64,000 bases of DNA from Candidatus Minusculum obligatum (GCA_045401155.1 CP174360.1:11072-75071); one strand, 5' to 3'. Shown: positions 37,628 through 47,383, counted from the first letter of the stretch. Notes: a model not told the origin generated them from the sequence alone. Program-made: numbers and translations.

Positions 37628-39778
37628 TTACACTCCTCGAGCTTCAGCGATCTCTTTTGCCACATTTGCGGGCACAACTGCGTAGTGATCGAACTCCATA
37701 GACATGTTTGCTCGTCCCTCAGTCATAGATCGAAGTGTGGTTGTGTATCCGAACATCTCAGATAGCGGCACCTTAGCGTGTAGAAGCTTAATTCCTCCCT
37801 CCATATCATCCATAGACTCAATGTGTCCACGCTTAGATGTAAGGTTTCCGTTGATGTCTCCCATAAACTGCTCAGGTGTCATAACCTCAACCTTCATGAT
37901 TGGCTCAAGAAGCACAGCCTTAGCCTGCTTTGCTCCATCCTTAAAGGCCTGGATAGCAGCAAGCTTAAAGGCAATCTCAGATGAGTCCACTTCGTGGAAT
38001 GATCCGTCATATAGATCAACAGACACATTTACCATTGGGTATCCTGCGATAACTCCGCGACTCATAGCCTCCTTAACTCCCTTCTCAACAGCAGGAATGT
38101 ATTCCTGAGGAATAACTCCTCCCTTAATATTGTTTACAAACTCAAAGCCTTCTTCTCGCTTTGTGTTCTTTGGAGCCACATCATCCTCTCCGTACTCTGG
38201 AAGCGGCTTAATTCGCAGCTTCACGTGTCCGTACTGTCCCTTACCTCCTGACTGCTTGATGTACTTGTGCTCTACCTCAGCTTCTCCCTGGATAGTTTCT
38301 CGGTATGCCACCTGTGGCTTACCTACGTTTGCCTCCACGTTAAACTCTCGCTTCATTCGATCCACAAGAATCTCAAGGTGTAGCTCACCCATACCAGCAA
38401 TAATAGTCTCCATAGTCTCAGAATCTGAGGTCACACGGAATGTAGGATCCTCATCTGACAGCTTGTTAAGCGCAATACCAAGCTTCTCCTGGTCAGCCTT
38501 AGTCTTAGGCTCAATACGCATCGCCACCACTGGCTCTGGGAAGGTAATTTGGTCAAGGATAATAGGCTCAGACTCATCACATAGTGTGTGAGATGTCTTC
38601 ACATCCTTAAGACCTACGGCAGCTGCAATCTCTCCAGCGTACACCTCATCTACCTCCTCTCGCTTATCGGCCATCATTCGCACAATTCGAGAAAGTCGCT
38701 CCTTTTGACCTGTAGTTGAGTTATATACGTAACTTCCAGCCTTTACGGTACCTGAGTACACGCGGAAGAATGTAAGAGATCCCACAAACGGGTCTGTTTG
38801 TAGCTTGAAAGCCAATGCAGCAAATGGTGCATCATCCTTAGGCTCTCGAGTAATCTCCTCCTCTGTCTTAGGATCAATTCCCTTAACGGCTGCAAGCTCA
38901 GAAGGCGCAGGTAGGTAATCCACCACACCATCAAGCACAAGCTGTACTCCCTTGTTCTTAAGCGCAGAACCTGTAAATACAGGGAAGATATCATTTGCGA
39001 TAACCGCTTTTCGAAGTCCTGCCTTTAGCTCCTCAAGTGTAAACTCTCCTCCCTCAAGGAATGTATCGAGCATATCCTCATTGCTCTCTGCAATCTTTTC
39101 AACAAGCTCAGCACGGAACTTCTCCGCATCTGCCTTTAGATTTTCAGGGATCTCCTCCTCTCGAACAACCTCTCCCATCTGCCCGTCAAAGTAGAAGGCC
39201 TTCATCTTTAGAAGATCTACTGCTCCTTCGTGATCTCCCTCCTCTCCAATAGGGATCTGTAGTCGAACCGCCTTCTTTGAAAGACGCTTCAAAATAGAAT
39301 CGTATGAGCGCTCAAAGCTTGCTCCTGTACGGTCAAGCTTATTGATGAAACAAATACGTGGCACCTTTGCCTCCTCGGCATATCGCCAGTTTGTCTCTGA
39401 CTGTGGCTCCACTCCAGCCACTCCGTCAAATACCACTACCGCACCATCAAGCACACGCATAGACCGCTTCACCTCAGCGGTAAAGTCGATGTGACCTGGG
39501 GTATCAATAATGTTGAAGTTATATCGCTGTGATTGATCATCTGGATCTCCATCAGTCTTTGTATAACCACAAGAAATCGCAGCTGAGGTAATTGTAATTC
39601 CTCGCTCTCGCTCCTGCTCCATCCAGTCAGTTACAGTCTCTCCATCGTGCACCTCACCAATTTTGTGTGAGATTCCGGTGTAGAAAAGAATACGCTCTGA
39701 CGTCGTTGTCTTTCCCGCATCAATGTGGGCGATAATTCCGAAGTTTCGAACCTTATCGAGTGGGTATTGTCGTGCCAT
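37628..39778 (-). CDS. fusA: Elongation factor G
   Basis: 716 aa, AHIDAGKTT, DTPGHIDF, five-domain EF-G. Confidence 0.95.
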   Translation of the reverse strand: MARQYPLDKVRNFGIIAHIDAGKTTTSERILFYTGISHKIGEVHDGETVTDWMEQERERGITITSAAISCGYTKTDGDPDDQSQRYNFNIIDTPGHIDFTAEVKRSMRVLDGAVVVFDGVAGVEPQSETNWRYAEEAKVPRICFINKLDRTGASFERSYDSILKRLSKKAVRLQIPIGEEGDHEGAVDLLKMKAFYFDGQMGEVVREEEIPENLKADAEKFRAELVEKIAESNEDMLDTFLEGGEFTLEELKAGLRKAVIANDIFPVFTGSALKNKGVQLVLDGVVDYLPAPSELAAVKGIDPKTEEEITREPKDDAPFAALAFKLQTDPFVGSLTFFRVYSGTVKAGSYVYNSTTGQKERLSRIVRMMADKREEVDEVYAGEIAAAVGLKDVKTSHTLCDESEPIILDQITFPEPVVAMRIEPKTKADQEKLGIALNKLSDEDPTFRVTSDSETMETIIAGMGELHLEILVDRMKREFNVEANVGKPQVAYRETIQGEAEVEHKYIKQSGGKGQYGHVKLRIKPLPEYGEDDVAPKNTKREEGFEFVNNIKGGVIPQEYIPAVEKGVKEAMSRGVIAGYPMVNVSVDLYDGSFHEVDSSEIAFKLAAIQAFKDGAKQAKAVLLEPIMKVEVMTPEQFMGDINGNLTSKRGHIESMDDMEGGIKLLHAKVPLSEMFGYTTTLRSMTEGRANMSMEFDHYAVVPANVAKEIAEARGV

Positions 39779-39895
39779 ATATAATAATTGTAATAAAAAT
39801 AAAAGCGCTCAAACGCTGTTGCTGGTTAGCATACTAAAAGTAGAGGCAAAAGCAAGGAGCCCCGCCAAAAGAAATGACGGGGCTCCGTATCGAAC

Positions 39896-40435
39896 CTAGA
39901 GGGCCAGAGGCTCTTTAAGGAACAGGTTTTGTGAGGTCCTGTGCAACCAATGACCGGGATCATGAGTGTCCACAGACCAGATCCCCGGCCCATACGCCGG
40001 ATCAAGATGCCCTACCGAGATAAAAAGGACGTCCTGATACGTATCAGGCTTCCTTACTGCGAACAGGTTTCCCGTAATACCCTTGGTGAGCGGATATGGT
40101 TCACGACAGGGATCTTTTTCTGCCTCATCAGCCTCTTTCATCATGAAAGCAGCCCTCATCGAGAATTCTTCCAGGCAAAACAGGTGCTTTTGGCGTAAGG
40201 ATTCCCGAAACTCGGAACCTTCCCGGAAATACTCTTCCGAGATAAATGCGTGAGAGATGGTGGTCTCAAAAACAGGCCGACGCTTCACCCCCTTGAGCAA
40301 AGTTTTTATCCCGTCTCTCAAAGAGTGTCTTGGGTTCCAGCGAGAGAGCATTGGGGAGCGGCTTTTCCTTGGCAAGGTCAACTGCTCCCAAGCAATAGAC
40401 GGCAGTCTTTTCTGCTCTACTTGAGTCAAATCCAT
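39896..40435 (-). CDS. Hypothetical protein in GC-enriched insert between rpsG and fusA
   Basis: 179 aa; local GC about 52%; terminator-like hairpin 39857-39887. Confidence 0.35.
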   Translation of the reverse strand: MDLTQVEQKRLPSIAWEQLTLPRKSRSPMLSRWNPRHSLRDGIKTLLKGVKRRPVFETTISHAFISEEYFREGSEFRESLRQKHLFCLEEFSMRAAFMMKEADEAEKDPCREPYPLTKGITGNLFAVRKPDTYQDVLFISVGHLDPAYGPGIWSVDTHDPGHWLHRTSQNLFLKEPLAL

Positions 40436-40533
40436 GGGTTTCCCTTTCTACGTAGGATTCTATTCTCCAAGATAAAACCTACGTCCATAAAATATTTTTG
40501 TCAACGAAAAAACGCCCTCTCGGGCGCTTCCTC

Positions 40534-40998
40534 TTACCATGCAAAGTGTGCAAAGGCTTTGTTGGCGTCTGCCATCTTGTGCGTATCTTCTTTCTTCTTT
40601 ACTGCCTCTCCTTCGTTTGTAGCGGCAAGCTTTAGCTCAGCTGCAAGGGCCTTTGCCATAGGTGTACCCTTTTGCTTACGCGCTCCGGCAATAATCCACC
40701 GGTACGCAAGGCTCATTCGTCGTACATCTCGCACCTCTCGAGGAACCTGATAGTTTGCTCCTCCCACTCGTCGAGAACGTACCTCCATAAGAGGACCCGC
40801 ATTCTTTACTGCCTCTTCAAATGTTGAAAGTGGATCAAGCCCGTCCTGCTCTAGGATTGCAAAAGCATCATATACAACTTCTTTTGCAGTCTCTTTCTTT
40901 CCATCTAACATGATGTAGTTGATGAATCGAGCAAGCTTCTCTGATCCGTACTTAGGATCTGGTCGCCAAGTTCGCTGTTTTTTAAGTGGTCGTCGCAT
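40534..40998 (-). CDS. rpsG: 30S ribosomal protein S7
   Basis: S7 conserved core. Confidence 0.9.
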   Translation of the reverse strand: MRRPLKKQRTWRPDPKYGSEKLARFINYIMLDGKKETAKEVVYDAFAILEQDGLDPLSTFEEAVKNAGPLMEVRSRRVGGANYQVPREVRDVRRMSLAYRWIIAGARKQKGTPMAKALAAELKLAATNEGEAVKKKEDTHKMADANKAFAHFAW

Positions 40999-40999
40999 A

Positions 41000-41416
41000 T
41001 TATGAATCTCCCTTAGGCTTCTTAGCTCCGTATCGAGATCGTCCTCGCTTACGTCCCTCTACACCAGTAGCATCAAGCTTACCTCGCACCACAGTGTAGT
41101 TAACTCCAATATCTTTTACACGTCCTCCACGTACAAGCACTACTGAGTGCTCCTGTAGATTGTGTCCCTCACCTGGGATATACGCAGTAATTTCACGTCC
41201 GTTTGTAAGTCGTACTCGGGCAATCTTTCGAATAGCTGAGTTCGGCTTTCGAGGAGTCTTGGTAGTAACCTTTGTACATACACCTCGCTTAAATGGAGAA
41301 GGATATTCGGTTGGTTTATTTTTGATTGAGTTAAATCCACGAGAAAGGGCCTCCGTTCGTGTCTTTCGGATCTTATCTTTTCGAGCTTTCTTTGTAAGCT
41401 GATTTACTGTTGGCAT
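41000..41416 (-). CDS. rpsL: 30S ribosomal protein S12
   Basis: Start MPTVNQL; PNSA(I/L)RK motif. Confidence 0.9.
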   Translation of the reverse strand: MPTVNQLTKKARKDKIRKTRTEALSRGFNSIKNKPTEYPSPFKRGVCTKVTTKTPRKPNSAIRKIARVRLTNGREITAYIPGEGHNLQEHSVVLVRGGRVKDIGVNYTVVRGKLDATGVEGRKRGRSRYGAKKPKGDS

Positions 41417-41482
41417 ATAAATAAAATGTCCCAACCAGGAACGAGTGCTACTCTACTATCTAATACGGGTAATTGCAAGCAT

Positions 41483-42166
41483 CTAGAGCACCTTTTTACG
41501 AAACCGAACAAATGATGCAATACCGATACCCAAAAGAAGCACGAGAAGCACAATCGTAAGCTCAAGCACGGGCAACTCTCCCTCTACCGTAATTACTGCT
41601 GCCTGAAGCTCGATCAAATCCTCAACCTCCTCAATTGGAGCCACTTCTTGCTTTATCTCCTCCACAAAAACAGGAGACGCAGCCTCAGATACAGCAAATT
41701 CCCGAGGCAACACTACTTCCTCAGAATATCCTGCAATGCTCGCAATAACGCTTCCTGCAAAGAGATTTTTACCATCCTTTCCATATAGCTTTGAACGGCT
41801 CTCAACTGCTAGCACTGCTACATCTGAATTCTTTTTAGTAACATCAAAACGAAATAGCTCTGTCTTTTGTGTTATTCCCCCGGGAAATCCTGCTGTCTTA
41901 AGCACATACCCCTCCTCCTCTAATGCATACCCCTCCTGTGTAAGAGGAATCCAAGACGGCGCAAATACAATATTGTCTATAGAAAGTGCCGCCTGATCAT
42001 ATGAGATGACAGACTGTGCGGTATATACCCCCTTGCCCTCTGGAACCACATACACAATTCCAACCCCTTCCTCTCCAGCTTTAATATCTGGAAGAGAAAC
42101 CTCAAAAGTTGCCGCGAAGAGCGTGCTAGGAAGAAGAAATAGTGCTGTAAGTAGTAACGTGCGCAT
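41483..42166 (-). CDS. Secreted protein with signal peptide, cohesin-like beta domain and C-terminal TM anchor
   Basis: N-terminal signal peptide, C-terminal hydrophobic helix + RFRKK; cohesin-like SVISYDQAALSIDNIVFAPS (tentative). Confidence 0.4.
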   Translation of the reverse strand: MRTLLLTALFLLPSTLFAATFEVSLPDIKAGEEGVGIVYVVPEGKGVYTAQSVISYDQAALSIDNIVFAPSWIPLTQEGYALEEEGYVLKTAGFPGGITQKTELFRFDVTKKNSDVAVLAVESRSKLYGKDGKNLFAGSVIASIAGYSEEVVLPREFAVSEAASPVFVEEIKQEVAPIEEVEDLIELQAAVITVEGELPVLELTIVLLVLLLGIGIASFVRFRKKVL

Positions 42167-42167
42167 A

Positions 42168-42695
42168 TTATGACCAGTGTGCCATTAATAGATTAAAATC
42201 CAAGATATCTGTAGTCCCGTCTCCATTAAGATCCGCCGCAGGAGTACCCCAATTACTCATAAGGAAATTGAAATCTTTAATATCAACCACCCCGTCCCCC
42301 GTAAAATCAAAAGAAGGAGAAGAAGGAACACTTGAAGAGCTCCCTGAAGAAACAGACACACCGCCCCCACTTGGAGCATACAGCGTAAGATTTATTTCTG
42401 AAAGAGATCCATTTTGATATACAAGCGTCTCATTTGTCTGTGATCCATCAATCAAGAAAGAAACAGTCTCTCCTGCAAGATCTCCATCTACATCTTCAAT
42501 AAAGAAAAAGGTGTTCTGTCCAAAAGAACCATCCTCTTCAATTGAAGTACTCGCGATCGTATCTCCATCTACAAGTGCAGAAACCGTCCCCGAACTAAAT
42601 CCAGAAACACTTCCATATACCTGATGCGGAATACGCGGTGCCGCAAGCAACATAAGTGGAAGACTAAGCAGAGCTATAATAACTACATATTTCAT
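42168..42695 (-). CDS. Secreted protein with C-terminal dockerin type-I double repeat
   Basis: Signal peptide; repeats DFTGDGVVDIKDFNFLMSNWG and DLNGDGTTDILDFNLLMAHWS (Ca-binding DxDGxxD). Confidence 0.55.
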   Translation of the reverse strand: MKYVVIIALLSLPLMLLAAPRIPHQVYGSVSGFSSGTVSALVDGDTIASTSIEEDGSFGQNTFFFIEDVDGDLAGETVSFLIDGSQTNETLVYQNGSLSEINLTLYAPSGGGVSVSSGSSSSVPSSPSFDFTGDGVVDIKDFNFLMSNWGTPAADLNGDGTTDILDFNLLMAHWS

Positions 42696-44647
42696 ATACT
42701 GCGAGAAAGGGTTACATCACTTGCAACATTCATCCAAAATCCATCTCCTAGACTAACGTCAGACACAGAAACTTCTTCTCCATCCTCATATGAAACTAGA
42801 TCTGTATAAGCAACACCCGCAAGGCCAATACTAGAAAATGCTGTATCAATTGAAACTGCGTCAGTTGTCTCTTCATCTATCTGCGGATATCCAACAAGTT
42901 GCCACCCAGAAGAAATCTCTCGAGAAGCATCCCAAAGATCTCCTAGAACAGTAAGCGTTACATCCTCAGACACCTCAATAAAGTACGCATACCCGACCTC
43001 CATGCTTGTAAGATTTGAAAGCACTGCATTGTCTGGATAGTACACATACCAAGTGCCATCTATATACGTCCACACTGCTTCCACAGAAGCAATAATCTCA
43101 TCTAATACACTACTAATACTGGTATCCTCAGGAACAATTGGAAGTGAAATAAGATTTAACCCTCCGTTTACACTTGTAAGAGGAATTGAAACCTCAAGCG
43201 AAGATCCTTCAACCACGACTTCCTCCTCCTCTTGATACACTACAAGCGCACTCTCATCTGTAGTCTCCGTTGCAGTAGATTCATTCTCAGAATCATCGAG
43301 CACAGAGATTGAAAATGTAACCGTACCTGAAGGAGTGTCTGCATCTACCGTATATGTAGCCGTATAGGTGGTACCCGTAGTAGCTACCGCAACGTCTATC
43401 TCATCAACAAGATCCACAGACACACTTGCCGCCTCCTCTGCAAGCAAGAATGTGAGTGTAATCTCATCTCCTACCATAACCGCATCAGTAGAAGATGCGT
43501 TTGTGGTAAGACCTACAAATGAAATGACAACAGGGGTCTCATCTGCCGCACGCGTTGAAGAAACTGTTTGCTCTTCTGCCTTATTTCCTGCCAAATCTTC
43601 AATAGAGGCTGGATTAATTGCACCAACCTCAAGTGTTACATCAATACTTGTGGCCTCCGTTGTGCTTGCGAGCGTCAAATCTACTACGCCGGGAGAAATC
43701 TCATCTGCTGCAGTAATAGTATTTTCTGAAAGATAGAAATCGGTACCAGTGCCATTTACCGTTGTGCCATCTACATCCTCACTAAAGGTAACTGAGATCT
43801 TTGTTCCATCTTCTGAAATCTCTGCTCCAATCATAATCGGAAGCACCATGTCAGTTGAAGTAACTGTCGTCTCATCGAGCGTATTCCCATCTCGATCATC
43901 TACATCTACAATCGTCACATCAGGAGTAGCGCCACCATCTGGAGCATCACCTTCCTCAACGGTGATCATGATTGCGTCTAGATCAAGCTCAAGCCCAAAC
44001 TCCCAATGCCCTACGGCAGTAACGGTGTACCCATCTACGGTAATATCCTCTATAGCAAATGTATTTTTATCTGGAATTGTAGAAAATTCAGGTTTAATCG
44101 TATCGATAAATCCATTCCCATCCTCATCGTATGTTGCAGCACCATCTAACGTAAAAGGATTTTCTTCCTCAACTTCTACCGCAGTAATAGAAAACTCATG
44201 CTCTGTCCCAAAATCCTCTGGATCATCCGTATATGTCGTAACAAAAAGCGTGTACTCTCCCGCATCCTCTATAACAACATCAAATGAGACACTCTCACTC
44301 CCTTCAAATGCTGGATCCCAGAAACAATCAATCTCAAAATCCAGTGAATAATCTTCTCCAGATCCACATGAGATGCTCTCTAGCCCCTCAACCTCTATAA
44401 AGGACTCATCTAGTATCGAAATGATCACCTCAGATGTCACTTCATCTGAATTTTCAAATGTAACTGAAAATGTAGAACTCTCACCTACAGGAAACTCTCG
44501 AGTAGACTCCCCGCCAATCGTAAAACTCACCTCTACAGGAGCCGCCTGTAAAAAAAGAAAACCACCAAAAAAGGTGGCCATTAGGAGACTTGCTATTCGT
44601 ACACCAAAACTAATCCGTCCGCTCATTACCTGCATATTGTACAGCAC
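42692..44647 (-). CDS. Large acidic Thr/Ser/Asp/Glu-rich secreted surface protein
   Basis: 651 aa, N-terminal TM/signal, very acidic low-complexity beta-rich sequence. Confidence 0.45.
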   Translation of the reverse strand: MLYNMQVMSGRISFGVRIASLLMATFFGGFLFLQAAPVEVSFTIGGESTREFPVGESSTFSVTFENSDEVTSEVIISILDESFIEVEGLESISCGSGEDYSLDFEIDCFWDPAFEGSESVSFDVVIEDAGEYTLFVTTYTDDPEDFGTEHEFSITAVEVEEENPFTLDGAATYDEDGNGFIDTIKPEFSTIPDKNTFAIEDITVDGYTVTAVGHWEFGLELDLDAIMITVEEGDAPDGGATPDVTIVDVDDRDGNTLDETTVTSTDMVLPIMIGAEISEDGTKISVTFSEDVDGTTVNGTGTDFYLSENTITAADEISPGVVDLTLASTTEATSIDVTLEVGAINPASIEDLAGNKAEEQTVSSTRAADETPVVISFVGLTTNASSTDAVMVGDEITLTFLLAEEAASVSVDLVDEIDVAVATTGTTYTATYTVDADTPSGTVTFSISVLDDSENESTATETTDESALVVYQEEEEVVVEGSSLEVSIPLTSVNGGLNLISLPIVPEDTSISSVLDEIIASVEAVWTYIDGTWYVYYPDNAVLSNLTSMEVGYAYFIEVSEDVTLTVLGDLWDASREISSGWQLVGYPQIDEETTDAVSIDTAFSSIGLAGVAYTDLVSYEDGEEVSVSDVSLGDGFWMNVASDVTLSRSI

Positions 44648-44676
44648 TTGTACAATATACGGAACATGTCGTCAAC

Positions 44677-45321
44677 CTAGAATAGAGAAAGCGGTGCGCC
44701 CACAATAAGCGTAAATACATACTGCACAAGTGCAAAGAATGGCCCCGAAAGTACTGAAATAAACAAGAATATAAATAAGAATAGAGAAATAATTCCAAAA
44801 GACTGCACTTTTTGCTCAAAATTCCTAAACATAAGCGCAAACTTATACGGAAGCAGCGTCCTTAATACCGTATACCCATCAAGTGGCGGAATTGGAATTA
44901 AGTTAAAGAGTCCCAAAAATAGGTTTACCAATACCACAAGCGCAGAAAGCGCCAAGAATGTATCTGGAAGCCCTTCGCCAAAGCGAATAATAAGACCAAA
45001 AATAAGCGCTATAAGAAGATTCACTGCAGGACCTGCAAAGGCAACAATCCCTTCGCCAAAACGCTGATTCTTTAGGTTAAGCGGGTTATATGGCACTGGC
45101 TTTGCCCATCCAAACAAAAATCCGGCACTTGTAAGCACTAAAAATGCAGGAATGAGTACTGACCCCACAAGATCAATGTGCGGAATGGGATTAAGGGTCA
45201 AACGACCAGCTAGCTTTGCGGTGGGATCCCCAAGCGCATTTGCAGCATACCCGTGCGATACCTCATGCAAGATAATCGAAATAATAAGAATAAGTACTGT
45301 AAATAGAAAAACTTCTGACAT
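44677..45321 (-). CDS. Site-2 protease family (M50) membrane metalloprotease
   Basis: HEVSHG (HExxH) in TM helix, multiple TM, LDG motif. Confidence 0.7.
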   Translation of the reverse strand: MSEVFLFTVLILIISIILHEVSHGYAANALGDPTAKLAGRLTLNPIPHIDLVGSVLIPAFLVLTSAGFLFGWAKPVPYNPLNLKNQRFGEGIVAFAGPAVNLLIALIFGLIIRFGEGLPDTFLALSALVVLVNLFLGLFNLIPIPPLDGYTVLRTLLPYKFALMFRNFEQKVQSFGIISLFLFIFLFISVLSGPFFALVQYVFTLIVGAPLSLF

Positions 45322-45408
45322 ATAGGTACCAGCATACTATATTGTGCACTTCTGTATATTGACACCCACACAAAACGGGCGTTTAGTAAAAGAGGAAGGA
45401 GGTGTGCC

Positions 45409-45612
45409 ATGCCTTTTCACGACCTGGCACCAGGCGATGCCGAGCACATTGGACACTCTGTCACCGCAACCTCTCATGCAGACGTTCCCGAAGGGACAAA
45501 GGGGGAGATCACAGACTTTGTCACCCTCCCCACGGGACCCCGCCTTTGCATCCACTGGAGTGGAGGCAAGGAAAACTGGTATCCGCCAGAAGCTGCAAAC
45601 GAGGAGGACTGA
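45409..45612 (+). CDS. Hypothetical 67-aa protein in a ~58% GC islet
   Basis: Consensus RBS AAAGAGGAAGGAGG; composition sharply different from flanks. Confidence 0.4.
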   Translation: MPFHDLAPGDAEHIGHSVTATSHADVPEGTKGEITDFVTLPTGPRLCIHWSGGKENWYPPEAANEED

Positions 45613-45683
45613 GTTTTCGAAGGGCCTGGAGACAGGCCCTTTGTGTTGCAATTATTTCAATTTCCTAGTACTCTACTGCCACT

Positions 45684-45926
45684 ATGTCACGAAAGTGTGA
45701 AATTACAGGAAAAACTTCTCAAGTAGGCGGCGGGTACAGCAACCGTACGCGTGCTACGAAGTTTAATCCAACAGGAAAGCGTCGACGACAGGTAAACCTG
45801 CAGCGACGTCGTATTTTCGTACCTGAGCTAAATAAGACAGTATCTCTAACTGTTTCAACCTCAGCCCTAAAAGATATTAAGAAGAACGGAGCCTACGCAA
45901 CGCTAAAGAAGGCAAATCTTATTTAA
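45684..45926 (+). CDS. rpmB: 50S ribosomal protein L28
   Basis: MSRKCEITGK... basic 80 aa. Confidence 0.8.
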   Translation: MSRKCEITGKTSQVGGGYSNRTRATKFNPTGKRRRQVNLQRRRIFVPELNKTVSLTVSTSALKDIKKNGAYATLKKANLI

Positions 45927-46734
45927 GAAAAAATTTCTCTCCATCTGAGAAAAAGACCAAAGACCCTTGCTCATACGTAGCGAGGGTCTTTGCTTTTATG
46001 CTTTCAAAAACTCTGAGCACCTCCTCATGTGGATGCCCGTACCGATTATCTTTCCCAGCGGAAATCACAATAAATTCTGGATCTACTGCTTTCACAAACT
46101 CAAAATCACTTGAGGTCTTAGATCCGTGATGCCCTGCCTTTAGAATTGTACTTTTGATATTTTCACCTATAAGAAACTTTTCAATCGAAACCCCTGCATC
46201 TCCCGTCAAAAGCACGCTTGTATCTTTGTAGACTAAGCGCGTAACTACTGATGCATTATTTACCCCTCCTTTTATTTCTCTATCTGGAAATAAAATTTCA
46301 ATATATACATCCGTGCCCAAAACAACTTTCATTCCCTTCCTTGCAACAACATATGTGCCTTCATCAGAAACCCTCTCCATTAGCTCCGTATATACATTTG
46401 TTGTATTTGTAACTCCAGGATCTAGAAAGTATGAAACATTGTACCTATCAAACACATCAACCAATCCTCCAATGTGATCCTTATCTGGATGCGTGCCAAT
46501 AACCACGTCTATATCTCTATCAAAATACGAATGCCTCTTTGAAAGCTCTCGAAGCACAGACGCATTAGCTCCTCCATCTATAAGCACATCATTTCCATTT
46601 GGTGCTTTGATATAAATCGCATCTCCCTGACCCACATCAAGAAACGTAACCTCTAAGTATTTAGGAGAAAATATCTCATATGAAAGAAAGGTCTGCGCAA
46701 CTATAAGAAAAAATAGAATACTGACTCGCACCAT
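45919..46734 (-). CDS. ComEC C-terminal-like metallo-beta-lactamase domain protein (membrane anchored)
   Basis: MBL motifs LDVGQGDA, HPDKDH, GHHGS; stand-alone, not fused to ComEC channel. Confidence 0.6.
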   Translation of the reverse strand: MVRVSILFFLIVAQTFLSYEIFSPKYLEVTFLDVGQGDAIYIKAPNGNDVLIDGGANASVLRELSKRHSYFDRDIDVVIGTHPDKDHIGGLVDVFDRYNVSYFLDPGVTNTTNVYTELMERVSDEGTYVVARKGMKVVLGTDVYIEILFPDREIKGGVNNASVVTRLVYKDTSVLLTGDAGVSIEKFLIGENIKSTILKAGHHGSKTSSDFEFVKAVDPEFIVISAGKDNRYGHPHEEVLRVFESIKAKTLATYEQGSLVFFSDGEKFFLK

Positions 46735-46740
46735 ACCTCT

Positions 46741-47331
46741 ATGGTACGATACCCGCATATGAAACTCTACGAACCAAAAAAGTTTAATTTGCCAACAATT
46801 GAAGGACTTTCTGAAAAACAAATCGAGGTCCACCTAAAACTCTACGAAGGATACGTAACACACGTAAACAAAATTCGAGAGCAAATTGAAGAACTAAAAG
46901 AAAAAGATACAAATCAATATGTAATTGATGAACTTCGTCGACGATTCTCTTTTGAATTTGATGGAATGCGCCTTCATGAATACTACTTTGAGCAACTTGA
47001 GAATGGAAAAACAGATGTGCCCGAGAATCTAAACACTCTTGTATCAGAAAAGTATGGAGATTTTGATGGGTTCCTTGCACATATTAAAGAAGTTGCTGGA
47101 TCTCGAGGAATCGGATGGGTAATCGTGAGTCATGACGACAAAGAAAACCAAATCCACACAACCTTTGTTGCAGATCACGAACTTGGACATCTTGCAGGAA
47201 CAAATATTATTCTTGCGGTTGACCTTTGGGAGCATGCATTCATGGTTGACTACATCCCTGCAGAAAAAGGAAACTATATTCAAACTATCCTCGACAATAT
47301 AAACTGGGACGTGGTTGGAAAAAGAATTTAA
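46741..47331 (+). CDS. Fe/Mn-family superoxide dismutase-like protein
   Basis: DLWEHAFMVDY (SOD DVWEHAYY), putative ligands in EVH, RLHEYYF; N-terminal helical hairpin pattern. Confidence 0.6.
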   Translation: MVRYPHMKLYEPKKFNLPTIEGLSEKQIEVHLKLYEGYVTHVNKIREQIEELKEKDTNQYVIDELRRRFSFEFDGMRLHEYYFEQLENGKTDVPENLNTLVSEKYGDFDGFLAHIKEVAGSRGIGWVIVSHDDKENQIHTTFVADHELGHLAGTNIILAVDLWEHAFMVDYIPAEKGNYIQTILDNINWDVVGKRI

Positions 47332-47336
47332 AAAAT

Positions 47337-47370
47337 CGAACGCCGCGAATTTCTCCGCGGCGTTTTGATT
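47337..47370. terminator. Bidirectional intrinsic terminator
   Basis: CGAACGCCGCG AATTTCTC CGCGGCGTTTTG. Confidence 0.7.
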
Positions 47371-47383
47371 TGAACTGACTGAG

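Noticed and set aside
43368-44351. Plus-strand Ser/Thr-rich ORFs (122 and 200 aa) inside the acidic surface-protein gene
   Set aside because: Antisense reading of a GA/GT-rich acidic gene yields Ser/Thr-rich shadow ORFs; no start context.
45337-45651. 104-aa minus-strand ORF overlapping the GC-rich 67-aa gene
   Set aside because: No RBS, Cys/Gly/Arg-rich junk-like translation; the plus-strand ORF has a consensus RBS.
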